A DNA stretch of 64,000 nt, from assembly GCA_965213925.1 (NCBI GenBank), contig OZ243927.1, positions 1,824,001 through 1,888,000 of the forward strand, in the 5' to 3' direction. Under the pieces are notes generated by a model. That model made no database searches, was not told where the DNA came from, and saw only the letters and a program-made list of their open reading frames with translations. The translations under genes were made by a program, and so were the position numbers. This document shows positions 9,901 to 20,196 of the stretch, one piece after another; positions within the stretch are counted from its first letter, which is position 1, and each line of letters starts with the position of its first letter. The DNA comes from Trueperaceae bacterium. GTDB taxonomy: Bacteria; Deinococcota; Deinococci; Deinococcales; Trueperaceae.

Positions 9901-11046
9901 TTAAGGAGTGGTCTGCGCACGCTCTCGCTGCAAGGGTTGTACTCCGCCATACGTTAGGCTGCGCCACACCCATTCCGCCGGACCGAAGCGGTAGCGTTTT
10001 AGCCACCACCTGCTGAAAACGACCTGAAAGGCGAAAATCGCTAAGCTAATGGGAAGGGTGGCGGCTGCGCCTAGCTCGCCGTAGAGCCCGAACGCATAGG
10101 GATAGAAGAGCGTCGTGCAGATGAGAGACTGTCCAAGGTAGTTGCTCAGCGCCATCTGCCCGACGGGGGCGAAGGGTTTGAGAAAGCCCCTCGGGGCGAA
10201 GAGGGACAGACCCGCGAGGTAAGCAAAACCTAGTAGCGGACCGGCGAAGATAAACTCGAGCGCGTACATCCACCCCTCGCCTTGGAAGAGGGGGACGGCA
10301 CCTAAAAACCAGAGTGTGAAGGGCGCAGCGAGCAGGGTGCACGTCAGCGCGACGCGCCGCAAAAAGCGCCTGTTCTCCAGCACCTCTCGCACGCCCCTGC
10401 GTCCGACAAAGTAGCCCACCAAAAAGAGCGCGAGCACCGCCGGACCGATCAAAAAGAGGTTGAGGAGTTCTAAGGGGAGGACCGCGAGCCGCCCTACCAA
10501 GTTGGAGAGGTAGGTCTCGCCGCTCGGCGCGAGGAAGTCGCTGGGTTTGGGTTCCGGGATCAAGAACGCGCCGTTAAAAACATAGAGCGTGAGGGTAAAG
10601 AGCCACATGAAAAGCGCGGAGACGAGGAGCGTGCGCTCTTTCTTGTTGCGAAAGAGAACGAGCACAAAGCCCAAGACCGCGTAGGTCAAGAGGATGTCCC
10701 CCGCCCAGAGCAGCAGCAGATGTAGAAAACCGGTGCCGAGTAGAACGGCTAGACGCCGCCGAAAGGTCGGCAGCATCCTGTCACCTTTGCGCAGCTGCAG
10801 CGCGAAACCGAGCCCGAACAAAAAGGAGAACATCGGATAGAAGGTGCCCTCGGCGAAGGCGCGGATGAACGTGGCGACGGCCTCATCCGCGCCAGTTCTC
10901 ACGAACGAGTAGCCTTGCAGCATGTTGGTAACGAGTACGCCCAAGAGCGCGAAGCCGCGCAGGGCGTCTAGGGTGGCGATGCGCGCGTTCTGCGGCGTCG
11001 GCGCAGCGGAGGTAGAGGCGGGTGCTTTTGGAGGGGGAGTGCTCAT
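9901..11046 (-). CDS. DUF418 membrane protein
   Basis: RIATLDALRGFALLG, GQMALSNYLGQS and GPAEWVWRSLTY. Confidence 0.9.
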   Translation of the reverse strand: MSTPPPKAPASTSAAPTPQNARIATLDALRGFALLGVLVTNMLQGYSFVRTGADEAVATFIRAFAEGTFYPMFSFLFGLGFALQLRKGDRMLPTFRRRLAVLLGTGFLHLLLLWAGDILLTYAVLGFVLVLFRNKKERTLLVSALFMWLFTLTLYVFNGAFLIPEPKPSDFLAPSGETYLSNLVGRLAVLPLELLNLFLIGPAVLALFLVGYFVGRRGVREVLENRRFLRRVALTCTLLAAPFTLWFLGAVPLFQGEGWMYALEFIFAGPLLGFAYLAGLSLFAPRGFLKPFAPVGQMALSNYLGQSLICTTLFYPYAFGLYGELGAAATLPISLAIFAFQVVFSRWWLKRYRFGPAEWVWRSLTYGGVQPLQRERAQTTP

Positions 11047-11242
11047 GAACGCGCGCCGTTCGCGCCCACCTTACTTAAATCCATAACGCCTACGCGGATG
11101 GGCTGACCCTGCTGTGGTAACAGAAACTGAGCGCTCGAGGAGGCTCGAGAAGACGTTCACGGCGTTCATACCGCTATCCTTCCCCTCCGTTTTCTGAGTT
11201 TGATGAAGTCTGGGGGGGCGCTCTCTAGCGCCGCGCGCCGCG

Positions 11243-12757
11243 TTACTGCGCGGGCACCGCTCGCTCCCGCGCCCACGCCCTAAGCTCGGCGAGTTTTTCT
11301 GCGTACGTTTGAGATAAGGGTCGCGTCAACGCTACTTCACTGAGGAGCGTCTCGGTCGAGAGGTCGGTTCCTGCAGAGAATGCCGTGTAGAGCCCCGCGA
11401 CGATCGCCCCTTCGATCTCCGCGCCGCTAAAGCCCTCGGTACACGCGGCGAGCTTGTCCAGGTCGAAGGTGCGCGGGTTGCGCCCCCGTTTCGAAAGGTG
11501 AAGCTCCAGAATCGCCCGCCGCGCTGCCAGGTCGGGCAGGTCCACGAAGAAAATCTCATCGAAGCGCCCCTTGCGCACCAGCTCGGGCGGCAGTTTGGTG
11601 ATGTCGTTCGCGGTCGCGACGACGAAGACCTCGCCTTTGCGCTCTTGGAGCCACGCGAGAAAGCTCCCCAACACGCGTCCCGACGCGCCCCCGTCCATGT
11701 CGCCCGCACCTTGTCCTGTTGCGGCGAACGCTTTCTCAATCTCGTCGATCCAGAGGACGATAGGCGACATCTTCTCCGCCGTAGCGGTTGCCCGCGCCAA
11801 ATTCTTCTCGGTTTCGCCAATGTATTTGTCGTACATCTTGGCGGGGTCCATCTTGAGAAGGGGCAAGTTCCAACTCGAGGCGACCATTTTGGCGCACAAG
11901 CTTTTACCGCAACCCTGAACGCCTAACAGCAATACCCCTTTAGGAAAGGTGAGCCCGAATTCGGCGGCGCGTTCGGGCTCTAGGAGGATTTTGCGCCGCT
12001 TTTCTAGCCAGGTTTTGAGCCCGCCCAAGCCCGCAAGCTCCCCCGCGTTTTCCTCAATGGGATAGTACTCCAAGAGCCCGTCTCGCCCGACGATCGTCTG
12101 CTTCGCCAAAATTACCCGTTCGATATCGGCGGGGCTCAACATGTTGTCCTCGACCATCACCTTCGTGAGCACCTTTTCCGCCTCTAAGAGCGTCAAGCCC
12201 TTGAGGTGACTCACGAGCTGGTCGAGTTCTCTTTGCGTCAGGTGCACCTCGACGTGGATTTGCTTTTTGAGGTCGCGGTAGACGTGCGTGATGAGGTCGC
12301 GGTATTCGCCCGGGTTAGGGAGCGGCAGGGACAAGGTCGCGCTCATCTCTTTAAGGGGAGTGGGAACCTCTAGGTCTGCGCCCGTGACGATAACGGCTCC
12401 GCCCCGGCTCGAGAACGGCCACGCCGCGTCTTTAAGCTTCGTGGCGACCACGCGGTCCTCTAAGTCCGAGCCCAAACCCTGGAAGTTGTAGAGCGCCGAG
12501 CGCTGCAAACGTTCGACTTCGCTCAAAGCGGCGACGGGCGTGAGGGTGTCGCGCGACGTCGCGAGCTGAAAGGGTTCGCGCAACCCCTTTGTGCGCGTCC
12601 AGGTGTAGAAAGGCAGGCGCAAGCGCTCCGCGAGCTGAGCGAGCAGGGTCTCGGCGCGACCTTTTTCGGCGGTCTCTAAGAAGATGAGCGGATAGCGCGA
12701 GCGCACGAGCAGCTCTAAGTCGCTTAAAAAGGTGCTTTTGGGCGTTTGGGTCCTCAC
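11243..12757 (-). CDS. Ycf46-like AAA+ ATPase
   Basis: Walker A GVQGCGKS, Walker B LWIDEIEK, LPPELVRKGRFDE. The N-terminus resembles Ycf46. Confidence 0.85.
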   Translation of the reverse strand: MRTQTPKSTFLSDLELLVRSRYPLIFLETAEKGRAETLLAQLAERLRLPFYTWTRTKGLREPFQLATSRDTLTPVAALSEVERLQRSALYNFQGLGSDLEDRVVATKLKDAAWPFSSRGGAVIVTGADLEVPTPLKEMSATLSLPLPNPGEYRDLITHVYRDLKKQIHVEVHLTQRELDQLVSHLKGLTLLEAEKVLTKVMVEDNMLSPADIERVILAKQTIVGRDGLLEYYPIEENAGELAGLGGLKTWLEKRRKILLEPERAAEFGLTFPKGVLLLGVQGCGKSLCAKMVASSWNLPLLKMDPAKMYDKYIGETEKNLARATATAEKMSPIVLWIDEIEKAFAATGQGAGDMDGGASGRVLGSFLAWLQERKGEVFVVATANDITKLPPELVRKGRFDEIFFVDLPDLAARRAILELHLSKRGRNPRTFDLDKLAACTEGFSGAEIEGAIVAGLYTAFSAGTDLSTETLLSEVALTRPLSQTYAEKLAELRAWARERAVPAQ

Positions 12758-12902
12758 ACCTAAAGTAAAGCACTTCGCCGCGGCGAACGCGGTGGAATAG
12801 TTCTCCGAATTCGTAGTGCGTCTCATACGGATTCCGATCGATTCGTTATTTTCTTACGACACACAACTACGCGCTACTCGTCCGTCAGATAGAGTGAAAC
12901 CC

Positions 12903-13745
12903 ATGCCCGAACTTCCCGAAGTCGAAACCGTCCGCCGCGAGTTGGAGCCTTGGCTAAGAGGTCGGCGGATTAGAGAGGTCGCGCTCGTAGACGCCGCGCC
13001 CGGACCGAAGTACGAGAATTTGCTCAGCGCGGCTGGCAGGGAAATCTTAGGTGTAACGCGGCGCGGAAAGTTCTTGATTTTGCCCCTTTCAGGCGGGCAA
13101 GACCTCATCATTCACTTGGGCATGACGGGCATCGTCACGCCGCGTGAGCCGGAGAAGCATGTGCGGGTCAGGCTCGAGCTTGAGGACGCGCCCACGCTTT
13201 ACTTTCAAGATGTGCGCCGCTTCGGTCGTTTCTTGGTCGTTCCTTCGGGTGATTATTCGACACTACCCACCCTGCACCAGATGGGACCAGAGCCCCTCAG
13301 CGACGACTTCAATAAGGAGCAGTTCGCCAAAGCGTTAGAAAGGTCCGTCACGCCTATTAAAACCTACTTGCTCAGCCAGAAGCCCGTCTCGGGCGTCGGT
13401 AACATCTACGCCGACGAAGCCCTGTGGGGCGCGAAAATTCATCCGCTCACGCCTGCGAATAAAGTTCCCAAGCGCCAAATTCCCCTCCTTGTGGTGATGA
13501 TCAAGGACGTGCTCGAGGCGTCCATCCGCGTGCAAGGCACGACCTTGCGCGACTACCGCACCACCAATGGAGAGGTCGGCGCGTACCTAGACGAACTCAG
13601 AGCTTACGGACAAGAGGAAACCCCCTGCACCCGCTGCGGCACGCCCATTTCTAAAATCGTCGTGGGCGGAAGAGGGACGCACTTCTGCCCAAACTGCCAA
13701 AAGCTCCCCCGTAGAAAATCTTCCAGAAAGAAAGAGACCGCATGA
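12903..13745 (+). CDS. mutM: Formamidopyrimidine-DNA glycosylase
   Basis: MPELPEVET start, HLGMTG, GVGNIYADE and C-terminal zinc finger. Confidence 0.97.
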   Translation: MPELPEVETVRRELEPWLRGRRIREVALVDAAPGPKYENLLSAAGREILGVTRRGKFLILPLSGGQDLIIHLGMTGIVTPREPEKHVRVRLELEDAPTLYFQDVRRFGRFLVVPSGDYSTLPTLHQMGPEPLSDDFNKEQFAKALERSVTPIKTYLLSQKPVSGVGNIYADEALWGAKIHPLTPANKVPKRQIPLLVVMIKDVLEASIRVQGTTLRDYRTTNGEVGAYLDELRAYGQEETPCTRCGTPISKIVVGGRGTHFCPNCQKLPRRKSSRKKETA

Positions 13746-14149
13746 GCCAAGCGTTTCGCACCTCTCACCGTACCGACATCCAAGTCCGCTTCAACGACAC
13801 CGACGCGCTCGGGCACCTCAACAACACCTCGTTCGCGCTCTACGCCGAGTATGCGCGGGTCGAATTTTTAGACAACTTGCGTACAGGCGACGTGTACCTC
13901 ATCTTGGCGCACCTCTCCTTGGACTTCGTCAAGCAGGTCAAGTTTCGCGAAGAGGTCTACTTGACGACGCAGGTGGCGAAGATGGGGAATTCGAGCGTGA
14001 CCCTTCACCAAGAGGTCTACGCGAACGGCGAGGTCGCCGCTAAGATTCGTTCCGTCGTGGTTCTTTTCGACTACGGCACGCAGAAGAGCGTGCGCCTCTC
14101 CGACGAGGTGAGAGAGCAGCTCCGCACCTACTTGCTCACAGAGGCTTGA
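13742..14149 (+). CDS. 4HBT-like acyl-CoA thioesterase
   Basis: VRFNDTDALGHLNN motif. Confidence 0.9.
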   Translation: MSQAFRTSHRTDIQVRFNDTDALGHLNNTSFALYAEYARVEFLDNLRTGDVYLILAHLSLDFVKQVKFREEVYLTTQVAKMGNSSVTLHQEVYANGEVAAKIRSVVVLFDYGTQKSVRLSDEVREQLRTYLLTEA

Positions 14150-14696
14150 CGCCCGTTTCCGTTACAAGGTGCGTCATGGGAACGTCGAAGAGGTCCTTCG
14201 GAAGCTTTGGGACAACGAGCGCGTCGGTAGTGACACCGATAAAAGGTGTATCTTTATGCAGTTTCGGCAGAAGGCGGTCGTAGTAGCCGCGCCCGTAGCC
14301 TAAACGTGTACCCCTTCGGTCGAAACACAGTCCCGGCACGAGGGCTAGGTCAACCTCTTGGGGGTCAACCCTTGAAGAGGTCGAGGCGGGCTGCAGGTAG
14401 CCGTAGGGGTGGGGCTCGAGCCCTCCATCTAGCCTATGCACCGTCAAATTTCGGTCCGTCTCCCAAGTACGCGTGACGTAAAAAATTTTTTCCTGCTCAG
14501 TGAGAGGCGCTAGGTCTATTTCTGAGCCGAACGCGAGATAGACTAGGATATGTTCAGCGTTCCCGAAAGGCGACCAAGAGGTCAAATGCTCGGTGACTTG
14601 CTGGCTGATCTCGCGGATATGAAGTTCTGAGCGAACCTCTTTCGCCCACGCGCGCCACACCTGCTTCGAATCGGTTGCGGTAGGTTGCAAAGCCAC
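14136..14696 (-). CDS. 5-formyltetrahydrofolate cyclo-ligase
   Basis: LVPGLCFDRRGTRLGYGRGYYDRLL. Confidence 0.92.
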   Translation of the reverse strand: MALQPTATDSKQVWRAWAKEVRSELHIREISQQVTEHLTSWSPFGNAEHILVYLAFGSEIDLAPLTEQEKIFYVTRTWETDRNLTVHRLDGGLEPHPYGYLQPASTSSRVDPQEVDLALVPGLCFDRRGTRLGYGRGYYDRLLPKLHKDTPFIGVTTDALVVPKLPKDLFDVPMTHLVTETGVKPL

Positions 14697-14767
14697 GAGA
14701 TAGAGTCTAACCGAAGCGTGTGCTCGTGCCAACATCTGTTCCGCGAGAGAGGCGCATACTAAACGTT

Positions 14768-15193
14768 ATGACAACGACTAAAAAAACAACCGTTTATCAT
14801 CTCGTGGATAAACGCTTTTTGGGCGAAACACCCGACAAGATGCAGGTCATGATCGACGGGGAAGACTACGCCCAGAGCGGAATGCGCCCGATGGAACTCC
14901 TTCTAAACGCCGTAGGCGCGTGCGCTGCGTATGACATCGTGGAGATGCTCAAAAAGCGGCGCTTGGAAATCAGAGATTATAAAATCGAGTTGGAGGGCGA
15001 ACGCGCCGACGGAACGCCTAAATACTATACGCATATCCGCGCTAAACACATCTTCGATGTTCCTGGCTTAGACCAAAAAACAGCGGAGCGCTTTGTAGAT
15101 TTGGGTATGAACAAGTACTGCTCGGTGGCGGCGAGCTTAAAGTCTGAGATTTCGTTTGAGGTCGTCTTAGAGCACGAAGCAGTATCAGCTTAG
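14768..15193 (+). CDS. OsmC/YhfA-family protein
   Basis: PMELLLNAVGAC and KYCSVAASL. Confidence 0.9.
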   Translation: MTTTKKTTVYHLVDKRFLGETPDKMQVMIDGEDYAQSGMRPMELLLNAVGACAAYDIVEMLKKRRLEIRDYKIELEGERADGTPKYYTHIRAKHIFDVPGLDQKTAERFVDLGMNKYCSVAASLKSEISFEVVLEHEAVSA

Positions 15194-15328
15194 GTTTCCG
15201 AGTTTTACCGAAAGTCAGCCCCGAGACATCCGCACTAAACTCACCTCTCTAAAATACCCCCTATGGATATATCTCGAGAAAGTGTTAGAAGAGGTCATGA
15301 CGCTACTTAAACGAACCGAGAGGTCAGC

Positions 15329-15577
15329 ATGGTAAAAATCCACCGCCGCTACTACAACCTCACGCTCGCCGCGCTCATGAGCGGGCTGATGTCGCTGATC
15401 ATCGCGTTTGTGCTTACATTACTGAATGAGGGTCTAGGTGCAAGCTTTGTACCGATCTGGTTGCGCGGTTTCTTCGCATCCTGGGCGACCTCTTTGCCCG
15501 TTGCGGTTTTTGTATTGCCTTTAGTGCGCCGTTTGATCGAACCGCTTTTCGTAGATGTGCCTGCGCCACAACGTTAA
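15329..15577 (+). CDS. DUF2798-like small membrane protein
   Basis: LMSGLMSLII...WLRGF...W...P pattern. Confidence 0.75.
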   Translation: MVKIHRRYYNLTLAALMSGLMSLIIAFVLTLLNEGLGASFVPIWLRGFFASWATSLPVAVFVLPLVRRLIEPLFVDVPAPQR

Positions 15578-16296
15578 GCAAAACGAGAAACAATCCTTAA
15601 GATATCTTCAGGTCTCTCTACACCTGCGTCGGGCTGACTTCTGTCATCCGCCTCCGCGTCTATCTTCTGCCAAATCGTGCGCATTCCGAGCGCTTTGGCT
15701 GGGCGAACGTCTTTACGAAGACTGTCGCCAACCATCACAACTTTTTCAGCAGGGAGTTGCCACGCCTCTAAAACTGCCTTGAAAAGTTGAGGGCTGGGCT
15801 TACGAAAACCGAACTCCGCCGAGGTGATAAACGGCTCTAACATCTCGCGGACGCCGAGCTTCGTGACGATGCCATCGATAAGGTGATGCGAGCGGGTGTT
15901 AGAAATGACGGCGAGTTTGACCTGTGTTCGAAGCGTTCGGATAACCTCTACAATGTCCGGTAGCACAACGCTTCCCGCTATTTCCGGCGTGTAGAAGGCG
16001 TGCTCGAGCCTCCCCACCCCTCCCTCATCTAAACGAACACCGTGCTTCTTCGTAATCTCGACAAGCGCCTCTCTCGTCGTATTGATTTGCCGGAAGTCCT
16101 TACCCTCTTTGGGCGAGTGTCGCCGTAATGAGATTAAGTCGCGGGTAAACGCTTCGCCGTCTAGGTTGTATCCCCAACCTCTTAGCGTCAGCGCCGCCGC
16201 CCAAGCGTTCGCGCGCTCGAAATGCTCAAAGTTCGAATAGATAAGCGTGCCGCCCACATCAAAGATAACCCCTTCCACACTTTTGCCTGACTCCAT
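15574..16296 (-). CDS. HAD-family hydrolase
   Basis: FDVGGTL, ISN, KPSP and VGDS motifs. Confidence 0.9.
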   Translation of the reverse strand: MESGKSVEGVIFDVGGTLIYSNFEHFERANAWAAALTLRGWGYNLDGEAFTRDLISLRRHSPKEGKDFRQINTTREALVEITKKHGVRLDEGGVGRLEHAFYTPEIAGSVVLPDIVEVIRTLRTQVKLAVISNTRSHHLIDGIVTKLGVREMLEPFITSAEFGFRKPSPQLFKAVLEAWQLPAEKVVMVGDSLRKDVRPAKALGMRTIWQKIDAEADDRSQPDAGVERPEDILRIVSRFA

Positions 16297-16327
16297 AGTG
16301 ATAGTTTAAGCGCGTGCAAGGTCCGCT

Positions 16328-16939
16328 GTGAACATCGTCCGAAAACCCGTCTCGCCCAACAACTACCGCGAAGGGCGAGGAGGGCAGCGCCCTGACCTTA
16401 TCGTCATCCACGTAACGCAGGGGGAGAAGGGGGCGGTTGCGAAATGGTTCAGCAGCCCTAGAGCCCAAGTGAGCGCCCACTACCTCGTAACGAAATTAGG
16501 TGAGGTTTGGCAGTTTGTGGATGAAGCGGACACCGCGTTTCATGCGGGTGATTATGACGTCAACTTGCGCTCGGTTGGACTCGAGCACGAAGGCGTCGGT
16601 CCGAACTACCGTCCGAACGAGGTGCAGTTAGAGGCGTCCGTTAGGTTAGCCGTGCAGATTTGCAAGCGGTGGAACTTAGAGCCGAACGGCGCAACGATTC
16701 AGCCGCACAGAGCGTTCCGGGCGACGCGCTGCCCGGCAGATTTTCCGGTGGAGAGGTATATCAGTATGGTCGAGCAAGAGGTGGGAGCCGAACAAGAGGT
16801 TGGCGAGACACAAAATAGAGAGGTGCGCATCTTCGACCCGCGCACGAACGAACCCATCGGCGTGGGAACGCTCGTGGCGGGCACGGATAAGGTCTACGTG
16901 AAAACGTTGCATATCGACTTCACATCTGACACCAAATAG
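16328..16939 (+). CDS. N-acetylmuramoyl-L-alanine amidase (Amidase_2/AmpD-like)
   Basis: IVIH, SAHY, AFHAG, SVGLEHEG and H...TRCP zinc ligands. Confidence 0.88.
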   Translation: MNIVRKPVSPNNYREGRGGQRPDLIVIHVTQGEKGAVAKWFSSPRAQVSAHYLVTKLGEVWQFVDEADTAFHAGDYDVNLRSVGLEHEGVGPNYRPNEVQLEASVRLAVQICKRWNLEPNGATIQPHRAFRATRCPADFPVERYISMVEQEVGAEQEVGETQNREVRIFDPRTNEPIGVGTLVAGTDKVYVKTLHIDFTSDTK

Positions 16940-16984
16940 CGCCGCCCTTAAAGACTTCGGAAGAGGTTTTTGCTAGGCTAGCGT

Positions 16985-19063
16985 ATGGCGGACATCAACC
17001 TGCGCGACCCGAGCCTCTACTTCAACCGCGAGCTGTCGTGGCTCAAGTTTAACGAGCGCGTGTTGGAAGAGGCGGTAGATGAGGACAACCCTCTTTTAGA
17101 GCGGCTTAAATTCCTAGCGATTTTTAGCACCAACTTAGACGAATTCATCATGATCCGCTACGCGGGTCTCAAGGAGCAGATATCGGCGGGCATCGTCTCC
17201 CCGAGCTTCGACGGCATGACGCCCGCCGAGCAAGTGAAAGCGGTTTCCGAAGAATTGCATCCGATGGTGACGCGCCACCGGCATATTTTGGCGAGGGAGG
17301 TGCTCCCCGCCCTAGAAGAGCACGGGCTCTTCGTCGTGCCGATGGAGAAACTTACGGACGCGGACTGCGAAGAGGTCAATGCGTACTTCGAGAGCGCGCT
17401 CTTTCCCGTACTAACGCCTTTAGCGGTGGATTCCGGGCATCCTTTCCCGAGGCTGCCGAACCTCTCCTTCTCGCTCATGCTAGAGCTTTACGACGAACTG
17501 CGTAACGAGAAGAAGACCGCCGTCGTGCAGGTCCCAAGCGTGTTGCCGCGCTTTTTACGTCTACCGGCGCAACGTGACGCGCCGCACCGTTTTGTGCTGT
17601 CCGAAGAGGTCATCCGGGCGAAGGTGGGGGCGCTCTTTCCGGGTCATGAGGTCTTGCGCGCGCACGCTTTTAGGCTCACGCGCAACGCGGATATCGAAAT
17701 CGCCGAGGACGAAGCCGACGACCTCTTGCAGGTGATTCAAGATGAGGTGCGCAAGAGGCGTTGGGGGGACGCGGTGAGGCTCGAGGTGTCTCAAGACATG
17801 CCCGGCGCATGGCGCGAGTATCTGCAGGAGACCTTGGAGTTGGAGGCGTTCGATGTTTACCGCGTCCCGAACTATTTAAGCGTTGCCGACTTTATGGAAC
17901 TCGCCCTGCTCAACATGCCCGAGCTGCGCTATCCACCTTTCAACACGCGCCTTCCTACCGAGTACCGAGGGACAAAAGACATCTTCTCTGTAGTGCGTGA
18001 GCAAGACGTGTTTATCCATCACCCTTTTCACGCCTTCGACTCGGTCCTCAACATGATTGAACAAGCCGCCGAAGACCCGAACGTCTTAGCGATTAAACAG
18101 ACCCTTTACCGCGTCGGCAACAAGTCGCCCGTGGTGGCGGCGCTCGCGAAGGCTGCGGGCAACGGCAAGCTCGTCACCGCGCTAGTCGAGTTAAAAGCCC
18201 GTTTCGACGAAGAGAACAACATCGTCTGGGCGCGGGAGTTGGAGCAGTCGGGCGTGCACGTCGTCTACGGCGTTATTGGTCTCAAAACCCACTGCAAGGC
18301 GCTCCTCATCGTGCGGCGCGAGGGCGACCAGATTCGCCGCTATGTGCACATGGGAACGGGCAACTACAACCCCGGTACGAGCACCATCTATACGGACTTC
18401 GCCCTGCTCTCTGCCGACCCCGACCTAGCAGCGGACACCTCGGAACTCTTCAACTACATTACAGGCTTCTCCAAACAGCACGCTTGGCGTAAACTCTGGA
18501 TCGCACCTGAGACGTTGCGAGAAAGGGTTTTAGAGGCGATTGAACGCGAAGAGGCGCACGCGAAAGCGGGCGAAAAGGGTCAGATTGTCGCTAAGATGAA
18601 CTCGCTCGTAGACCCAAAGGTGATTCGCGCCTTATATCGCGCCTCCCAAGCGGGCGTCGAAATCGACCTCATCGTGCGGGGGATTTGCTGCTTGCGTCCT
18701 GGCGTGAAAGGGGTGAGTGAAAAGATTCGCGTGCGGAGCATTGTCGGGCGGTTTTTGGAGCACTCGAGGGGTTTCTACTTCTACAATAACGGCAAAGAAG
18801 ACCTCTACATCGGCTCAGCCGACTGGATGCAGCGCAACTTAAACCGCCGCGTCGAGGCAGTCTTCCCAATCGAAGACTCACGGCTCAAGAAGAAAGTGAT
18901 GCAAGTTTTCAATTTAGCTTTGCGCGACAACGAGAAGGCTAGGGAGTTGCAAGCGGACGGATGTTATACGCCCGTTAAGCGAAAAGTCGGGCAGAAGCGC
19001 CTCAACTCGCAAGAGCGGCTCTTGGAGCTTTCGGCGCGGCGCTTGGCGCAGGTGGGGCGTTAA
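16985..19063 (+). CDS. ppk1: Polyphosphate kinase 1
   Basis: YFNRELSWLKFNERV, ELKARFDEENN, KTHCK and GRFLEHSR. Confidence 0.97.
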   Translation: MADINLRDPSLYFNRELSWLKFNERVLEEAVDEDNPLLERLKFLAIFSTNLDEFIMIRYAGLKEQISAGIVSPSFDGMTPAEQVKAVSEELHPMVTRHRHILAREVLPALEEHGLFVVPMEKLTDADCEEVNAYFESALFPVLTPLAVDSGHPFPRLPNLSFSLMLELYDELRNEKKTAVVQVPSVLPRFLRLPAQRDAPHRFVLSEEVIRAKVGALFPGHEVLRAHAFRLTRNADIEIAEDEADDLLQVIQDEVRKRRWGDAVRLEVSQDMPGAWREYLQETLELEAFDVYRVPNYLSVADFMELALLNMPELRYPPFNTRLPTEYRGTKDIFSVVREQDVFIHHPFHAFDSVLNMIEQAAEDPNVLAIKQTLYRVGNKSPVVAALAKAAGNGKLVTALVELKARFDEENNIVWARELEQSGVHVVYGVIGLKTHCKALLIVRREGDQIRRYVHMGTGNYNPGTSTIYTDFALLSADPDLAADTSELFNYITGFSKQHAWRKLWIAPETLRERVLEAIEREEAHAKAGEKGQIVAKMNSLVDPKVIRALYRASQAGVEIDLIVRGICCLRPGVKGVSEKIRVRSIVGRFLEHSRGFYFYNNGKEDLYIGSADWMQRNLNRRVEAVFPIEDSRLKKKVMQVFNLALRDNEKARELQADGCYTPVKRKVGQKRLNSQERLLELSARRLAQVGR

Positions 19064-19129
19064 GCTTTAGCCTCGAAGCGTGTGACTTCCTATCGTAGTA
19101 ATTTTGTTAGAACACTAGAGCGAACGGCC

Positions 19130-19204
19130 GCAGGTATTATCACAAAGGTGTGAGCTAAACATCGCTTTGTAGAGTGAGAGCGTTTATGACCAGATAATAC
19201 CTGC
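19130..19204. repeat. 75-bp inverted-repeat element (GGTATYATC family)
   Basis: GCAGGTATTATC (19130-19141) and GATAATACCTGC (19193-19204) form a perfect 12-bp IR. Confidence 0.7.
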
Positions 19205-19206
19205 TA

Positions 19207-19455
19207 TCACGCCTGAATCGGACCACGCGGTACGCTTTCTAGCTCCTCTTCATCACCATCCGCCACCGCGTACCCCGTCTGCAAGCCCATCAGATACCCG
19301 AGCTTGAGCATGAACATGATCGTGTCGGCGTCCCCTTGCGCGATGCGCTCTAAAACGTACTCCCTCGTCCCTTCGGGCAGTTCGACGCCAGCAATGTCCT
19401 CATCATGGCGTTCAGCCATCTCTTCTAAAAAGGCGCGGATGGCTTCTTTACTCAT
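19207..19455 (-). CDS. Small acidic hypothetical protein
   Basis: 82-aa ORF overlapping the mgsA stop. Confidence 0.7.
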   Translation of the reverse strand: MSKEAIRAFLEEMAERHDEDIAGVELPEGTREYVLERIAQGDADTIMFMLKLGYLMGLQTGYAVADGDEEELESVPRGPIQA

Positions 19456-19852
19456 TTTCTGCTCCTACCGTGTCTTGCTCCAACTGCTCCTCCAACCACG
19501 CGATGATCGCCTCGGCGCTCCCTAAGTTCGTCGCAAGCGGTATCTCGTGAACGTCACAGATGCGCATCAGGGCGGATACGTCGGGCTCGTGCGGCTGCGC
19601 GGTCAAGGGGTCGCGGAAGAAGATTACCGCCATGACCTTCTCCTCGGCGATACGTGCGCCGACTTGCAAGTCGCCCCCTTGCGGACCGGACATGAGCCTC
19701 TCCACCTTGAGGTGGCTTTTCGTTTCCAACATGCCGCCCGTGGTGCTCGTGGCGATGAGGGGGAACTTTCGCAAGATGTCGGCGTGGTCTTTAGCGAAGA
19801 TGGCAAGGTCCAACTTCTTCTTGTCGTGTGCGATTAGAGCGACGGCTTTCAT
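19448..19852 (-). CDS. mgsA: Methylglyoxal synthase
   Basis: ALIAHDKKK, SGPQGGDLQ and DPLTAQPHEPDV. Confidence 0.96.
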   Translation of the reverse strand: MKAVALIAHDKKKLDLAIFAKDHADILRKFPLIATSTTGGMLETKSHLKVERLMSGPQGGDLQVGARIAEEKVMAVIFFRDPLTAQPHEPDVSALMRICDVHEIPLATNLGSAEAIIAWLEEQLEQDTVGAENE

Positions 19853-19944
19853 GCTTTAGTGTACGGCACTTTGGTTGAGGGGGCTGTCTGTGGAGAGGTT
19901 CAGCCTTGAGGCGATGCTAAAGTTGAGCTAAGAGAGATAGAGAA

Positions 19945-20178
19945 GTGCAAATCAACCTTACAGATGCTAAAGCGCACCTATCCAAGCTGATTGAAAGAGC
20001 CCTAGCAGGTGAAGAGGTCGTCATCAGCAAGCGCGGCGAGCCGCTGGTCAAGCTCGTACCTTATGAACATGACACCAGCCCCCGCGATATGAGCGTCCGC
20101 ATTTGGGAGGGTGAGGTGTGGATGGCGGAGGATTTTGACGAGTTGCCTGAAGACCTCTTGAAGATGTTTGCGGGATAG
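19945..20178 (+). CDS. Phd/YefM-family antitoxin (orphan)
   Basis: NLTDAKAHLSKLIERALAGEEVVI...P.VKLVP and WMAEDFDELP tail. Confidence 0.88.
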   Translation: MQINLTDAKAHLSKLIERALAGEEVVISKRGEPLVKLVPYEHDTSPRDMSVRIWEGEVWMAEDFDELPEDLLKMFAG

Positions 20179-20196
20179 ACTCGAGCGACCTTCTTT

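Noticed and set aside
16328..16939. Amidase as a prophage endolysin
   Set aside because: No holin, structural or integrase genes nearby, and it is embedded among housekeeping genes.
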